Positions 9,318-20,430 of a stretch of DNA of 57,735 nucleotides are shown here, in pieces. The position numbers were made by a program, and so were the translations under genes. Origin of the DNA: a virus (Duplodnaviria > Caudoviricetes); IMG/VR virus record IMGVR_UViG_3300017575_000049, positions 1-57,735 of that record; one strand, given 5' to 3'. Position 1 is the stretch's first letter. Each line of letters starts with the position of its first letter. The notes under the pieces are model-generated. The model did no database searches, had not been told where the DNA came from, and was given only the letters and a program-made list of their open reading frames with translations.

Positions 9318-12300
9318 ATGGTTCTTCCCGACCGCCGAGTCGAAGTTGCACTGGACGTTACGACGAACGGTATCAGTAGCGTCAGACGTGCAATTCGACA
9401 GCTCAAAAATACTGAAGACCAACTCGATGAGCTGAGTGATGCAGCAACGAATGTCGGAAACAACCTTTCTGCTGTCGAAAAACACGTTGAACAGACCGGC
9501 AAGTCGTTCAACCGTAATAGCAGAGGTGTCAGCGCATACAGGCAGCGTCTCTCTGAGGCAACAGCCATTACCCAGTCGTTGAGTGATGAATCTGAGTCGC
9601 TTGTTGGCGTGCTGGATGAACTTCGAGAGGACGGGATAGACACATCCAATGCCAATCTGTCAAAGTACGTTAGAAACCTTACACGTGCCAGAGCCAGTAA
9701 TGCAGCGTACGGCGATTCAATAAAGAAGCTTAAATATGCCTTCCGTGAGCTTCCACAGGAAGACCTCGATATATTCCTTGAGTCGTTAGAGCGGGGCGCA
9801 CCACGCAAGTCTGGTGACTTTGGTGCCCCGTTCGGCGATAACTCAAATGTGGCGGGTCAAATTGGGTCTGATATGGAGCGGGCGACAAAGGCTATGGACG
9901 AGTTTGACCGGAAGACAGCCCGAGCTGGCTCACGCTTTGCGGAGTTAAGCAGTATACTCAAACGGGGCTCCGGTAATGGCGTCACGATGCGAACTGATTT
10001 TTTCAAAGCAATTTTCGACGACGACCGGTTCGTTCAAAATCCGTTTGACGATACAGAGTCATTTTTTGCAAGTCCACTCGATACGGACGCCCCACAGGTA
10101 GCTCGCCAACGAGCCGGCGAGTTGTTAGACTCCAAGGGTCGTGAAGACAGTGTTGCAGAGATGAATCGAGCTCGAATGTCACTGGAAAGTGCGTTTGTCA
10201 ACACGTCTCGCGTCGAAGCTATGCAGACAGATGACTCCGAGACAGACCCGTTGGACTTTTTCAACGTCGGAAAGGCGTTCAAGCGGGCACAACTTAGAGT
10301 CAAAACTGGTGGGGCAGACACATTCGAACAGGCACTGATTGACAATCTTGAGGACAAGTCTCGTATCCCTACTGAACGGGCTGTTGCGCGTGGCATGACG
10401 GTCATGGACCGGATACAGAGTTCAGAAGATATTCCGCCCCGTATCAAAGATGCATTCAAAACGGGAGAGATATCAGTAAGTGGGATGGGTAAGTTTGACG
10501 AGGACAACGCCACGCTGGATGCAATGTTGAGTGATGCAGAAAAATTTTCAGTTGGCAGTCGCAAAACGATACAAAATGCAGTATCCGATGCATTCACAAA
10601 TCTCGATGACGATACACCAGCGGACGAAACAGAAGTAGAGCGAGGGCTTCCGTCGGGTGGACAGAGACAGTTCAACGCGGTACGTGCATTTAGACGGGCC
10701 CAGCAAAAGCTTGCCGATGGTACCGCTGAGTCATTCGACGATGCAGCAGATATGGTTGCTGAGACGCTTGATGTTCCCAGCCAAACGGCTGCTCAGAACC
10801 TCAAGAAGACTATGCAAGATATCCAGGCTGCAAACTTCATCCCTGATGCCATACAGAGCGGAATTGCGTCAGGAGACATACCAGTTGAGGGGGACTTTGA
10901 AAATATTGATACTGATACTGACAGGCTCAACAATCTACTCAATGTAGAGATAGATAATGACGAGCGCCTCACAGACTTCGACGGTCGACCGATGGACGCA
11001 ACCCGGTCGGAGGTACTGGACTTTGTTGAAGACCTAACCGAGTTTATCAGAGACACGCAAGATGGAATCGAAGGCATCGATGCTGACGACGATATTGCCA
11101 ACAAAAACTCCATATTAGGCATACTTGATGGACTACGCGATGATGAGAGTCTACTATCACTTCGGCGCCATCTTGATGGGCGAGGGCACGCCAATGTAAT
11201 CAGCACTATCAAAGAAAATCCTGAGGTACTGAATCTACTTGGACCACAGGGGATGCGGGACATGCTTCCAAGGACTGATAACACCAGTCGGTTGGAGGTT
11301 CTCAAAGAGGAGCTACCGTTCATCGGTGGGTTCAAACGGCAGTTACTACTCAAGACGATGCAGGAACTTGAGGACGACCAGGTACCACTGACGCCGGAAA
11401 CACTGGAATCACGACTGTTCAAACTGGGCATCAACGAAGAGTCCAGACAGGCACGACAGGCAGTTGCTGACCTCATTACCCGATCACAGACGGGTTCGCT
11501 ATCACTCCCAGACTCGTCATTAAGTGAGAATGCATTTGAGTCACAGTTCATTGCTGAGGCAGACAGAAATCTGACCATGCTGAGTGATGCCGAGCGTCGG
11601 GACGTGGTGCAAGCAGTATCTAAAGCGGTTGATAATAACATAAAATCACTCCGACAACTCACCGCAAGTGAGCGAGGTCCGTTGGCGTCAATCATCGGCG
11701 AGACAATCGAACTGGACGATAGAAGTCCAACTGCAGTGGTTCGAGCCTTGGAAAATGCTGCCAATAACACCAGAATCGGCGCAATGGAACAGGGTGCACC
11801 TGGGCTCACACAGTTGCTCGATGAGAGTAACATCAAGCAAAACGACCGCGTCCATATTCCAACAGACGGCAACGATGTCATGGGCGCCATGAGTCGGGCC
11901 CGAGCAGTCGCCCAGGGACGACCAATACAGACGACACTGTTCAGTCGGCTGTCAGCGTTTATTAGCGACTCCGCTTCAGACCGGTTCGGATTTGATATGG
12001 GTAGTCAGCAGCGAGTGAACAAGACAATCAGACGCACCACAAAAGGACTGACACGGCTTGTTCCAGTACTTGGGGTTACCTCTGCGAACATTGGTGCATT
12101 CAATGTGCAACTCAAGTCTATTGGCCAGATACTTGGTGGCCTTATTGGAACCGTGGGTGCTGCTGCCGGCGCACTACTTGGCTTTGCGAGCGCACTGGTA
12201 ACCGCAGGTGTCGGACTGGCAAGCTTTGTGGCAGTTGGTGGGCTTGGATTCCTGGAGACGATGGAAGAAAGTATGGCCGATGTCAGTAGCCGGGGTGAGG

Positions 12301-13532
12301 CCCTGGAAAAGCTGACCGAAGACCTGGCCGAAAAGGCGATAGATGCATTACAGCCACTCCGTGAGGCCAGACTCGGTGGGACCGGGCCCACCGCTCAGGG
12401 GTTCTTCGTTGACTCCATTCAGGCTGGACTGGCGTTACTCGAAGACTTTGCCGAGGTAATGGCTGACGTTGTCGAGACACCAGCTGTCAAGCGCTTTGTC
12501 GACCGTATCAGTGATTCGCTGTTCAGCGGAGGCGACCTCACTCCTGCATTACAGGATATGATGCGACTGCTTCTTCCCGGTATAACGAATGTACTGGTTG
12601 GATTCATCGACTCACTTCCCGCACTAATTAACGGGCTCACCAGACTGGCAGATATCCTTGGCGATTCACTTGGGCGAGCACTGGCCAAGTTTATCGACCA
12701 GCTCCCACTACTCATCGCCTTCGGTGAAGCGTTCCTGAGAATGGTCGGTGGGCTGGCATTAGCGATTTTGACCATCTTTGAGGTCCTGACGGATATCATC
12801 GCAGATACGATTGGCAGACTGGGAGTAGCAATTGGTGTTATCGATAACAAACAACAGGCTGTCTACCTTCTGGCAGCTGCTGTTGGTGTTCTGTCTGGAA
12901 CGGTCTATACGCTAACTACTGCACTTGGAATACTCAATGCCGTGCTTGCGTCGACAACGTTTACTGTTATGGCAAGAGGACTGATGCTGGTAGCGACCGC
13001 GCTTGGTAGTGTCCTTGGCATTTCGTCTGGGGTGGTACTTGCGTCTACAGGAGTAATAGTCGGGTTCGGAGGTATAGCTGCAGCCGTTTCACTTGTCGTA
13101 GTCCTTCTTGCAGAGGTGATTTCTTTGCTGGTGACAGGTGATAGTATTCTGGCAGACTATATCCCACATCTTGATACATTTTATGCATATGTACAAAAGT
13201 TAGCGGTCGGATTCAATCGAATCCTCCGGCCAGCGCAAATACTTGAACGTACAGTAGCAGGAATCGCAAATACAGTAGATAGAGCAACTGCAGGCATTAG
13301 AAATCTGCCAGGGTTTGAGGCTGCGTCGAACTTTGATAATAGCGGTATAGTGCAACGACAGGGGCCCCAGGGCGCAACAGCTGAGCAAGTGGCCGGGAAC
13401 AGTAGAGGGATGGTCATCAACGTGGCCAACTCTGTAGTGAACCCAGAGATGTTTGTGCGAACCATAAAACAAGAAGCGAACGCCCAGAGCAGACGAAACC
13501 AGATGATGCAGTCTAAATTTATGACGAGATAA
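9318..13532 (+). CDS. Tape measure protein
   Basis: 1404 aa, helical, hydrophobic A/G/L-rich C-terminal third; canonical position. Confidence 0.85.
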   Translation: MVLPDRRVEVALDVTTNGISSVRRAIRQLKNTEDQLDELSDAATNVGNNLSAVEKHVEQTGKSFNRNSRGVSAYRQRLSEATAITQSLSDESESLVGVLDELREDGIDTSNANLSKYVRNLTRARASNAAYGDSIKKLKYAFRELPQEDLDIFLESLERGAPRKSGDFGAPFGDNSNVAGQIGSDMERATKAMDEFDRKTARAGSRFAELSSILKRGSGNGVTMRTDFFKAIFDDDRFVQNPFDDTESFFASPLDTDAPQVARQRAGELLDSKGREDSVAEMNRARMSLESAFVNTSRVEAMQTDDSETDPLDFFNVGKAFKRAQLRVKTGGADTFEQALIDNLEDKSRIPTERAVARGMTVMDRIQSSEDIPPRIKDAFKTGEISVSGMGKFDEDNATLDAMLSDAEKFSVGSRKTIQNAVSDAFTNLDDDTPADETEVERGLPSGGQRQFNAVRAFRRAQQKLADGTAESFDDAADMVAETLDVPSQTAAQNLKKTMQDIQAANFIPDAIQSGIASGDIPVEGDFENIDTDTDRLNNLLNVEIDNDERLTDFDGRPMDATRSEVLDFVEDLTEFIRDTQDGIEGIDADDDIANKNSILGILDGLRDDESLLSLRRHLDGRGHANVISTIKENPEVLNLLGPQGMRDMLPRTDNTSRLEVLKEELPFIGGFKRQLLLKTMQELEDDQVPLTPETLESRLFKLGINEESRQARQAVADLITRSQTGSLSLPDSSLSENAFESQFIAEADRNLTMLSDAERRDVVQAVSKAVDNNIKSLRQLTASERGPLASIIGETIELDDRSPTAVVRALENAANNTRIGAMEQGAPGLTQLLDESNIKQNDRVHIPTDGNDVMGAMSRARAVAQGRPIQTTLFSRLSAFISDSASDRFGFDMGSQQRVNKTIRRTTKGLTRLVPVLGVTSANIGAFNVQLKSIGQILGGLIGTVGAAAGALLGFASALVTAGVGLASFVAVGGLGFLETMEESMADVSSRGEALEKLTEDLAEKAIDALQPLREARLGGTGPTAQGFFVDSIQAGLALLEDFAEVMADVVETPAVKRFVDRISDSLFSGGDLTPALQDMMRLLLPGITNVLVGFIDSLPALINGLTRLADILGDSLGRALAKFIDQLPLLIAFGEAFLRMVGGLALAILTIFEVLTDIIADTIGRLGVAIGVIDNKQQAVYLLAAAVGVLSGTVYTLTTALGILNAVLASTTFTVMARGLMLVATALGSVLGISSGVVLASTGVIVGFGGIAAAVSLVVVLLAEVISLLVTGDSILADYIPHLDTFYAYVQKLAVGFNRILRPAQILERTVAGIANTVDRATAGIRNLPGFEAASNFDNSGIVQRQGPQGATAEQVAGNSRGMVINVANSVVNPEMFVRTIKQEANAQSRRNQMMQSKFMTR

Positions 13533-14035
13533 TGACAGAAGAATATCTACAACCACGTGGTGACGTAGCCGAGAACGTAGAGAATATTGGGGCCACACGG
13601 TCGCCCGGCCGTACCCGAGCAAAGGCACGGGTTGGACCACTGGTCTTTGCAGATGAGTATGCCAATCCAGAGGTATCGGTCAACCAGAACCGCCGAACCG
13701 TTGAGCACAATTTGGTCACCTCTGGCCAGGATGATGAGCAGTATCTGGTCCAGGACCTGGGAAGTGAGCCCCCGACTATTAGCATCAGTGGGATTGTACG
13801 TGAGGCACAGGTCGACTTTGCTGACGTGCTCGCAGGTAAGGTCTACGTGCGAACTGAGCGATGGACCGGAACGGCCATGGTCTCCTCAGCCACAACCGAG
13901 CCCCAGCGAGCTGTCGATGGCACCGATTGGCTTTATAGTGTCACCATCGAGCTACTGGGAATCGAGCGTGAGCGAGGTGTCGAAGCATCCAACGAGAACA
14001 GCGAGACGGCCAACAACTACAGTCCATACCAATAA
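13532..14035 (+). CDS. Tail tube initiator/baseplate protein (gpU-like)
   Basis: VQDLGSEPPTISISG motif; follows tape measure. Confidence 0.6.
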   Translation: MTEEYLQPRGDVAENVENIGATRSPGRTRAKARVGPLVFADEYANPEVSVNQNRRTVEHNLVTSGQDDEQYLVQDLGSEPPTISISGIVREAQVDFADVLAGKVYVRTERWTGTAMVSSATTEPQRAVDGTDWLYSVTIELLGIERERGVEASNENSETANNYSPYQ

Positions 14036-15565
14036 ATGCCAGGAGACGTACAGATATTCGACATTGGCCTCGAACTGGATGCAGAAATCAATGATGACTT
14101 CACTATTGGAGAAAATCCAAAGTCTGGCCCAGAGCGATATGAGGCCCTTCAGCTTCGCGAGGATGTTGACGCACTCAACAGCTTTGGTGACCAGCTCGGT
14201 GTATTGGAAGTCGAGATAACAAATCGCGACGTACTTCGGGGAAACACTGCAGTAGCAACCGTTGTCTTTCCTGATGGGCTTGATCCCAGTGCGCTTCGTG
14301 CAACCGAACAGGCAGGTATCGAGACTATTGTGAAGATAAATATCACAACCAGTTTCACCAGTCTCGACCGCACCTTCGGCGCCACTGCGTTCACCGGCGA
14401 ACTGGTTGGGGCCACCGAAGATGAGGAAGGTAGTGTCAGACTTGAATTGGCTGGTATCACCAAGACACTGACCGATTACACCGTCGCACTGGTCACACAA
14501 AAAACTGGGCAACGAGTCGATACAATCGTCCGCAACCTCTTGCGAGACGATGCTGGGTTAACAGAGGCAACAGGCCTGTTTGACTTCGATGCAGACTTCG
14601 TCATCAGTATCCGTAATCCGAAGTCCGTCACAACTACGTACGGTACGGACAACCGTGAAACACTGAGGACAGTACTGATTGACCTGGCAAAAAAACAGGA
14701 CGCGTTCGTGTTTGTCGATGCGTCAAACCGCATCAACTTCGTTGACCACGCAATTTCCAACTACTATGCCATTGAGTCTGCCATCAAAGTAGATGCTGGC
14801 AACGAGGATAGCGCAAACGAGCGCGTTATCGTCAAATCCAGCTATGACGTGACCGGTATCAGTGACTGGACAACAACCGGAAGTTCACAGGTGCGCGCCG
14901 AAGCGTCAGCTGGAAATGGTGACGCCGAGAACAGACGTGTCCTTCGCGATGATAACCTGCTTGAAAATGATGTCGAGTCGCGAGCAGCATCTGAGTTCAG
15001 AGCTGACCAGCTCGTGAAGTCATCAGGCCGACTCACCATCCCTGGCTTTCCGGGCGCAAGTCCAAACGACCAGGTCGTGGTTCCCAAGTTAGGGCTTGCT
15101 GAGACCGTCTCAGCAGGCACCTATACGGCCAGAGAAGTTGTCCACCGACTGAACGGCAACGATGGGTTCGTGACAGAGTTACAGCTCGGTCCAGGACTCG
15201 ATGAGATTTACGAACAGGTCTATCAGAGTCAGGGAACTGATGGGGTCCGACGCTGGACAAAGCCAGAGCTAACAGCTGAAGCTGAGGCCCTAATATTTAC
15301 GTCTGAGCTGTTCGTTGGTGGCGTCTCCGATGTCGGTCTCATAGACGCTGCGCTTTCCCCAAAGGGAAGCCCTAAGACAGTAATTGCACTCCTGGATGCC
15401 TTCGATATCGTCCTTCCAGGCCTCGACTTCCGCGAGCCAGGTATCGACCGGGCCCCGGACCAGCCAACGGATGTGGGCCTACTCAGCGATAACAACGGAC
15501 TCGAAGATAGCCAACCGGTCGAAATTGGCCCAGATACCGATGAGACGGATGACACCGACGGGTAA
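14036..15565 (+). CDS. Baseplate hub protein
   Basis: AFTGEL, FVFVDASNRINF and VVHRLNGNDGFVTELQL motifs typical of gpD/gp27-like hubs. Confidence 0.7.
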   Translation: MPGDVQIFDIGLELDAEINDDFTIGENPKSGPERYEALQLREDVDALNSFGDQLGVLEVEITNRDVLRGNTAVATVVFPDGLDPSALRATEQAGIETIVKINITTSFTSLDRTFGATAFTGELVGATEDEEGSVRLELAGITKTLTDYTVALVTQKTGQRVDTIVRNLLRDDAGLTEATGLFDFDADFVISIRNPKSVTTTYGTDNRETLRTVLIDLAKKQDAFVFVDASNRINFVDHAISNYYAIESAIKVDAGNEDSANERVIVKSSYDVTGISDWTTTGSSQVRAEASAGNGDAENRRVLRDDNLLENDVESRAASEFRADQLVKSSGRLTIPGFPGASPNDQVVVPKLGLAETVSAGTYTAREVVHRLNGNDGFVTELQLGPGLDEIYEQVYQSQGTDGVRRWTKPELTAEAEALIFTSELFVGGVSDVGLIDAALSPKGSPKTVIALLDAFDIVLPGLDFREPGIDRAPDQPTDVGLLSDNNGLEDSQPVEIGPDTDETDDTDG

Positions 15566-15574
15566 ACAAACACT

Positions 15575-16270
15575 ATGTATTCAGGAGACACCGAACGCAT
15601 CCGCCGTATCGCCATTGACCAGCGCCGAAACTCCTCGATAGCCGAGGTCACCAAGGTCACAACCCGAACCGATGATAGCGTCCGACCCGTGTTCGTCAGC
15701 GCAAAGTTTCGGGATGGAGGCCAGGAGCTTCGGGGTGTCCCGGTCAATATCAGCGACCACAACGGCCACATGGCCACCCCACAAAAGGGCGACCTTGTCC
15801 GGATTGCCTATCTGACGAACAGTCGAGAGACCGGTGTCGTTGTAAACCATGTGCCAAATCCAGACCAGCCACCACCAAAGACCCGACCCGGTCACTGGCG
15901 CCACGAGTTCAGCCGTGATACTGGTGACCCGCTATACCTGGAGGCTGAGCGAGCCGATGGTGCAGCGGGCGACCCAGACCTGGTTCGGATGGGCGTCAAG
16001 CCTGACGGCCTTGCCTCGCCTACCACCGAGGTGGCTGTCGATGACAGTGGGGCAACAACCGAGGTCAGACTTGCCTCTGATGGCGATGTCACCATCGATG
16101 TGGACGGTGATGTGACCATCAACGCCAACGGCTCGATAACAATCGGCGCTGATGGCACTGCAGTTGCCCCAGCGGACCACACCCATGACTACGTCGGTGG
16201 AGGCGATAACAGCACGACCAAGGTATCCAGTCCACCGAATGAGCCGGGAACCAGTACGACCATCGAATGA
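15575..16270 (+). CDS. Baseplate central spike (gpV-like)
   Basis: OB-fold PQKGDLVRIAY, beta-helix DGDVTIDVDGDVTINA repeats and HTH metal-binding tip. Confidence 0.8.
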   Translation: MYSGDTERIRRIAIDQRRNSSIAEVTKVTTRTDDSVRPVFVSAKFRDGGQELRGVPVNISDHNGHMATPQKGDLVRIAYLTNSRETGVVVNHVPNPDQPPPKTRPGHWRHEFSRDTGDPLYLEAERADGAAGDPDLVRMGVKPDGLASPTTEVAVDDSGATTEVRLASDGDVTIDVDGDVTINANGSITIGADGTAVAPADHTHDYVGGGDNSTTKVSSPPNEPGTSTTIE

Positions 16271-16282
16271 GACGCCCCTAAT

Positions 16283-16379
16283 ACTACTAATTCCCGTTGG
16301 ATTTAACTACGTGGAAAATATATACCGTAGTACAGTCGTACACAACAGGGAATAGTTGGGGAGGAATTGTTTGTCTGTC
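16283..16379 (+). repeat. Copy A of a dispersed element; inverted copy at 54362-54455
   Basis: Exact 15-bp (16283-16297) and 34-bp (16326-16359) reverse-complement matches separated by 28 bp. Confidence 0.9.
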
Positions 16380-16453
16380 CTACCAGGGTCATCGTTTGTC
16401 TTGACGGTGCCGGTGTAATGAGAGACACTGCAGATGGGCCCTGACGTCGCACG

Positions 16454-16819
16454 ATGACAGTTCCAGACAGTCGGACCTTTGACCTGGATGAGCAGTTCGA
16501 CCTCCAGATTGACGCTGGTGGTGGTATTGCATTTGCCACCGGGAGTTCTGCCCTCCAGATAGACCTGGCGTATCGACTGGTCGATGGGTTACAGCCGTTT
16601 CTGGGAACCATCGTCGATGCAACCATAGAGCGCGATATCACCGCTGTCATCAGAACAATTGTCGAGTCAGACAGCCGTGTTGCATCACTCAGCAACGTCA
16701 CCGTTGACCGCGCCCGGACCGACGAGCTTTCACTCTCGATCACAGCAACGCTCACCGATGATGATGAACCAGCATCACTCAGTATCAATGTTGCCGAGCA
16801 AACTCGCACTGACCCCTGA
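16454..16819 (+). CDS. Baseplate wedge/sheath initiator (gp25-like)
   Basis: 121 aa; IVESDSRVASL motif; synteny. Confidence 0.65.
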   Translation: MTVPDSRTFDLDEQFDLQIDAGGGIAFATGSSALQIDLAYRLVDGLQPFLGTIVDATIERDITAVIRTIVESDSRVASLSNVTVDRARTDELSLSITATLTDDDEPASLSINVAEQTRTDP

Positions 16820-16831
16820 TATCCACCACCA

Positions 16832-18505
16832 ATGACCTTCTCACCCCGCAACCCAGGCGATATTTTCGCCGACCTTCGCGAAGACCTTAAAAATCGTATC
16901 GGCGGACTCACCAACTTTATCGATGGCACCTTTGCTGAGGTGTTCCTCCAGTCATATTCCGAGCAACTGAGTGAGGCCGAGTACAAGGCGCTGGCTGCCC
17001 AGCTGGCCATGTTCGTTGACTTTGCCGGTCGGAATGACATTACCCGGACTGAGCTATCAGAGCTGGGCATTACCGCCGACCCTGACCGACTCAATGAGTA
17101 CATGCGCCGACGACAGCTGGATGAGTTGGGCAAGCTGGTTGCTGTCAGCAGAGAAACGGGCTCACGGTCACGCGGAACCGTCGAGTTTACCGTCACCGAC
17201 AGCAGTGTCGAGATACCGGAAGGCACCGAGGTCGCGACCGAGCCCAGCAGACAGGGTGCGGGTGTCAGTTTCTTTGTCGATGTCGATGGAGATGGAATAA
17301 TTTCTCCCACAACCGATGTGACGGCCTCGCCTGACTCGGGGACCACCGTCGAGGTGGACGTCATCGCAGCACGGACCGGAAGCGAATTTAACGTTGGGGC
17401 AGGCACACTGACATTTATCCCAACACCACAGCCCGGACTGGAGTCAGTCACCAATCTGCAGGCGACAACGGGCGGGGATGATGCACAGAGTGATGCGCTG
17501 TTTCGAGAGGACATCAAATCTGCACTGGTCGAGTCCACCGGGGGTGGCACCGCCAAGGGTATCGAGGGATTCATCGACCGCGAACTGGACAGTGTCAGGG
17601 ATGTGCAGACCATCGAAAACACGGATGTATCGCCCCCGAACGTCGAGGTCGTCGTCGACGGAGGTCAAGATACGGCCGTGATTGAGGCCATTGAAAACTC
17701 CAGGCCGGTTGGCATTCGACATGAGCTTGTTCGCCCTGATATTGTCAATATCGGTATGGGTATCGAAGTCGAGACTAACGGCGCATCCGTCTCACCTATT
17801 ACCGAAGCGTTCACGAGATTCGTCGATGCGACCGGGCTGGGTGATGCCTTTTCGCGAACTCGGCTGGTCCGCGACCTGTTCGATGCCGACACAGATATCC
17901 GGAACATCGCCTCGCTCAACACGTACGTCACCACGGTGAGCGATGAGACGTTTCAGTATGACACAACAGCTGAACAGTTCGAACTTGAGTATCAGCCACT
18001 CGGGTTTGTCGTTGATGAAGAACGACGCGTACGAGAGGGCGTCTCTGCGTACAGTCTGAGATATCCGGCTATTGATGGGGTCACCCCGTTTACGGTGAGA
18101 GCTATCATCGATGATGAAGAACGGGAGTTAGCCTCAACCGAGTTCACCAAGGATATCGACGACCAAAGCCGGATTGCTGGAATCATATTGAATGATGGTG
18201 TGGTCCCTGATGCAGGGACAAACATCAGCATTGACTACCGACACAGTGATTTTGAACTTACCAGTGTGGTCGATGATGACGGGTTCGAGTACGAAGTTGG
18301 CGTTGACGTGAACCTTGTCAACGCGGTTGATACTGGGGTGAGCGGTGCGATTGACTTTACGGTCAACAATACGGTCGAACCGGCCGACGGACAACGGTTC
18401 TCGGTGTCCTATGTGGCAAAGAAATCGTTCCCACGCGACCTCGTCGCGACCGAGCGTGAGCTACAGGAGGCAAACAAAGGCGATGTTGAGGTGACCGAGC
18501 TGTGA
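16832..18505 (+). CDS. Baseplate J-like protein
   Basis: LDELGKLVAVSR, IPEGTEV, VTNLQATTGGDDAQSD and RPVGI motifs. Confidence 0.85.
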   Translation: MTFSPRNPGDIFADLREDLKNRIGGLTNFIDGTFAEVFLQSYSEQLSEAEYKALAAQLAMFVDFAGRNDITRTELSELGITADPDRLNEYMRRRQLDELGKLVAVSRETGSRSRGTVEFTVTDSSVEIPEGTEVATEPSRQGAGVSFFVDVDGDGIISPTTDVTASPDSGTTVEVDVIAARTGSEFNVGAGTLTFIPTPQPGLESVTNLQATTGGDDAQSDALFREDIKSALVESTGGGTAKGIEGFIDRELDSVRDVQTIENTDVSPPNVEVVVDGGQDTAVIEAIENSRPVGIRHELVRPDIVNIGMGIEVETNGASVSPITEAFTRFVDATGLGDAFSRTRLVRDLFDADTDIRNIASLNTYVTTVSDETFQYDTTAEQFELEYQPLGFVVDEERRVREGVSAYSLRYPAIDGVTPFTVRAIIDDEERELASTEFTKDIDDQSRIAGIILNDGVVPDAGTNISIDYRHSDFELTSVVDDDGFEYEVGVDVNLVNAVDTGVSGAIDFTVNNTVEPADGQRFSVSYVAKKSFPRDLVATERELQEANKGDVEVTEL

Positions 18506-19347
18506 CCGAGCTATTCCGACGTATTATCGACCGGTTTCCCTCACCAACTCCACGCGACCTGCTTGAGTCAACACAGACAGAGACCTTTGACGTCCGAACA
18601 ACTGCAAGTGGTGATATTGCCCGAACGGTCTATCGGCTGGACAAGGCACCAGTTCTGTCACTCACACGCGTTGTAGTCGGTCGACGGACACTGACACCAC
18701 CTGATGGGGTCGAGCTTCGCGACATTGACGGTGACGGGCGCCCTGACGCAGTTGCATTTACCGATGCATCGGTCTATCCGGCTGCTGACCAGACGTTCGA
18801 TGTGGTGTATCAATCACTTCCGCTTATCCATCGGTTCACCCGTGCATCGACAACGGATATCCACACCTACGGTGACCGTGTCGATGCTGCAATCGCAGAT
18901 GCCAGAATCGAGACCGCAACCGGTCAGTATCTGGACGAGCTGGGGAGCCTCTATGGCCGACTGGGCCGTCGACGGGGACGACGGGATGAGACATACCGGA
19001 CACACATTCGAACGCTCAGAACGGCATTCAAAGGCCGTGGGACCAGGCCAGGGTTGCGAGACACGGTCGCCGAAGCATTACAGACCGACCCGGAGAACGT
19101 TACTATCATCGAGGACTTCGAGCAGGTCGGATACAGTATCCGTGTTACCTCTCCCAGTACGTCGCTGTTGACCGGCTCGCTTTCGGAGCTGCTTGAGCTG
19201 GCTGACCCATCAGGCGTCGAGCTTCTGGCCGAGCCGGTCATCACACTACAGGGAGCGGTCGCCACCTGTGATTCAGATGGGTTCACCGTGACCGCGGTGG
19301 ATGCCGATGGGCTGGGTGCTGGCACCATCGGTGACGACACGCTGTAA
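18502..19347 (+). CDS. Baseplate wedge protein (gpI-like)
   Basis: TATGQYLDELG...DETYR...GRGT motif; GTGA overlap. Confidence 0.75.
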   Translation: MTELFRRIIDRFPSPTPRDLLESTQTETFDVRTTASGDIARTVYRLDKAPVLSLTRVVVGRRTLTPPDGVELRDIDGDGRPDAVAFTDASVYPAADQTFDVVYQSLPLIHRFTRASTTDIHTYGDRVDAAIADARIETATGQYLDELGSLYGRLGRRRGRRDETYRTHIRTLRTAFKGRGTRPGLRDTVAEALQTDPENVTIIEDFEQVGYSIRVTSPSTSLLTGSLSELLELADPSGVELLAEPVITLQGAVATCDSDGFTVTAVDADGLGAGTIGDDTL

Positions 19348-19377
19348 GCGTCATCCCCAGCGTGGCGCAGTAGTCGC

Positions 19378-19767
19378 ATGGCAGACATCTACCCCGACGA
19401 GGGACTGGACTGGATAACCACCGCGCTGACCGGTGCAGCAGCAGGTGAAGAGCTCTATGAGATAGCAGTCGGAACCGGTACTACCACACCAGCATCTGGT
19501 GACACCGGTCTTGCTACTGAGGTGTTCCGAACTGATATCGATGCGGACAATGCAGCTATTGATTTCACCTCACGTACCGGGGAGATACGTATCGCTATCT
19601 CGGTTGCTGGGGGAACAGAGGTACCGTCTGGGACCACTATCACCGAGTTTGGTGTCTTTGCCGATGACGTCAACAACTCACTGGTCTACCGAGAGACGGC
19701 CCCATCGACGACCATCGATGCAGGGGAGCGAGTCCAGTTCGAGGCAAACCTCTCGTTCACGAACTGA
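19378..19767 (+). CDS. Tail fibre attachment/collar-like protein
   Basis: IAVGTG...DTGLATEVFR...ITEFGVF motif. Confidence 0.65.
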   Translation: MADIYPDEGLDWITTALTGAAAGEELYEIAVGTGTTTPASGDTGLATEVFRTDIDADNAAIDFTSRTGEIRIAISVAGGTEVPSGTTITEFGVFADDVNNSLVYRETAPSTTIDAGERVQFEANLSFTN

Positions 19768-19816
19768 ATGATACGTAAGGGCTGCGTTCCGACTACTGAT
19801 GCCGTGATGTCGCACA

Positions 19817-20428
19817 ATGGTTCAAGACCACGTCTTTCCACAGGATGCTGATGACAATGATGCCGAGAACTTTGCTCAGCTAACAGGTGACCCCCGGCTC
19901 AACGACTATGTTGTCCAGGGAATGCGAGTGGTGAACGCTGACTTTACTGCAGAAACCTTTGATGTGACCGAGGGTATCGCTCGTATTCACCGGGACAATG
20001 GTGTTGCAGCCAGCTCGGGCGAAACACGACAGGCGCTCGGGTTCACCGTACAGCTGCAGGCCAGAACTGGCGTTGCAATGTTGGCCAGCACACAGCTGTC
20101 AACTGGAGATAATAAGGTCTACCTTGACCCTAATCTGAGCAGCAATGACCGCCCAGTTATTCGTGTCATTGACGGAAGCACGTTGCCCGACGATGGTTGG
20201 CTTTCACTTGCAGCCATTGATAAAAATAATGCACAGGTCACTAACAACGCACAACGCCATCCAGAGGGACTGCCATTGCTCAATGCGCCTGTTGCACAGG
20301 CTTACGACAACGGGAGAGACGCCTATGTTGTCCGAGATGTCACCCAGAATGCAGACCGACTCAATCTCGACCGGACAACGGGTGACCTGAAGATTGCTGG
20401 GCAACTGACGGAAAACGCCTCACTGTAA
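19817..20428 (+). CDS. Putative tail fibre/minor structural protein
   Basis: Position in tail module; YVVQGMRV...DVTEGIA pattern. Confidence 0.5.
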   Translation: MVQDHVFPQDADDNDAENFAQLTGDPRLNDYVVQGMRVVNADFTAETFDVTEGIARIHRDNGVAASSGETRQALGFTVQLQARTGVAMLASTQLSTGDNKVYLDPNLSSNDRPVIRVIDGSTLPDDGWLSLAAIDKNNAQVTNNAQRHPEGLPLLNAPVAQAYDNGRDAYVVRDVTQNADRLNLDRTTGDLKIAGQLTENASL

Positions 20429-20430
20429 TC

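Noticed and set aside
16303-17622. 439-aa minus-strand ORF
   Set aside because: Ser-rich antisense shadow of baseplate genes.
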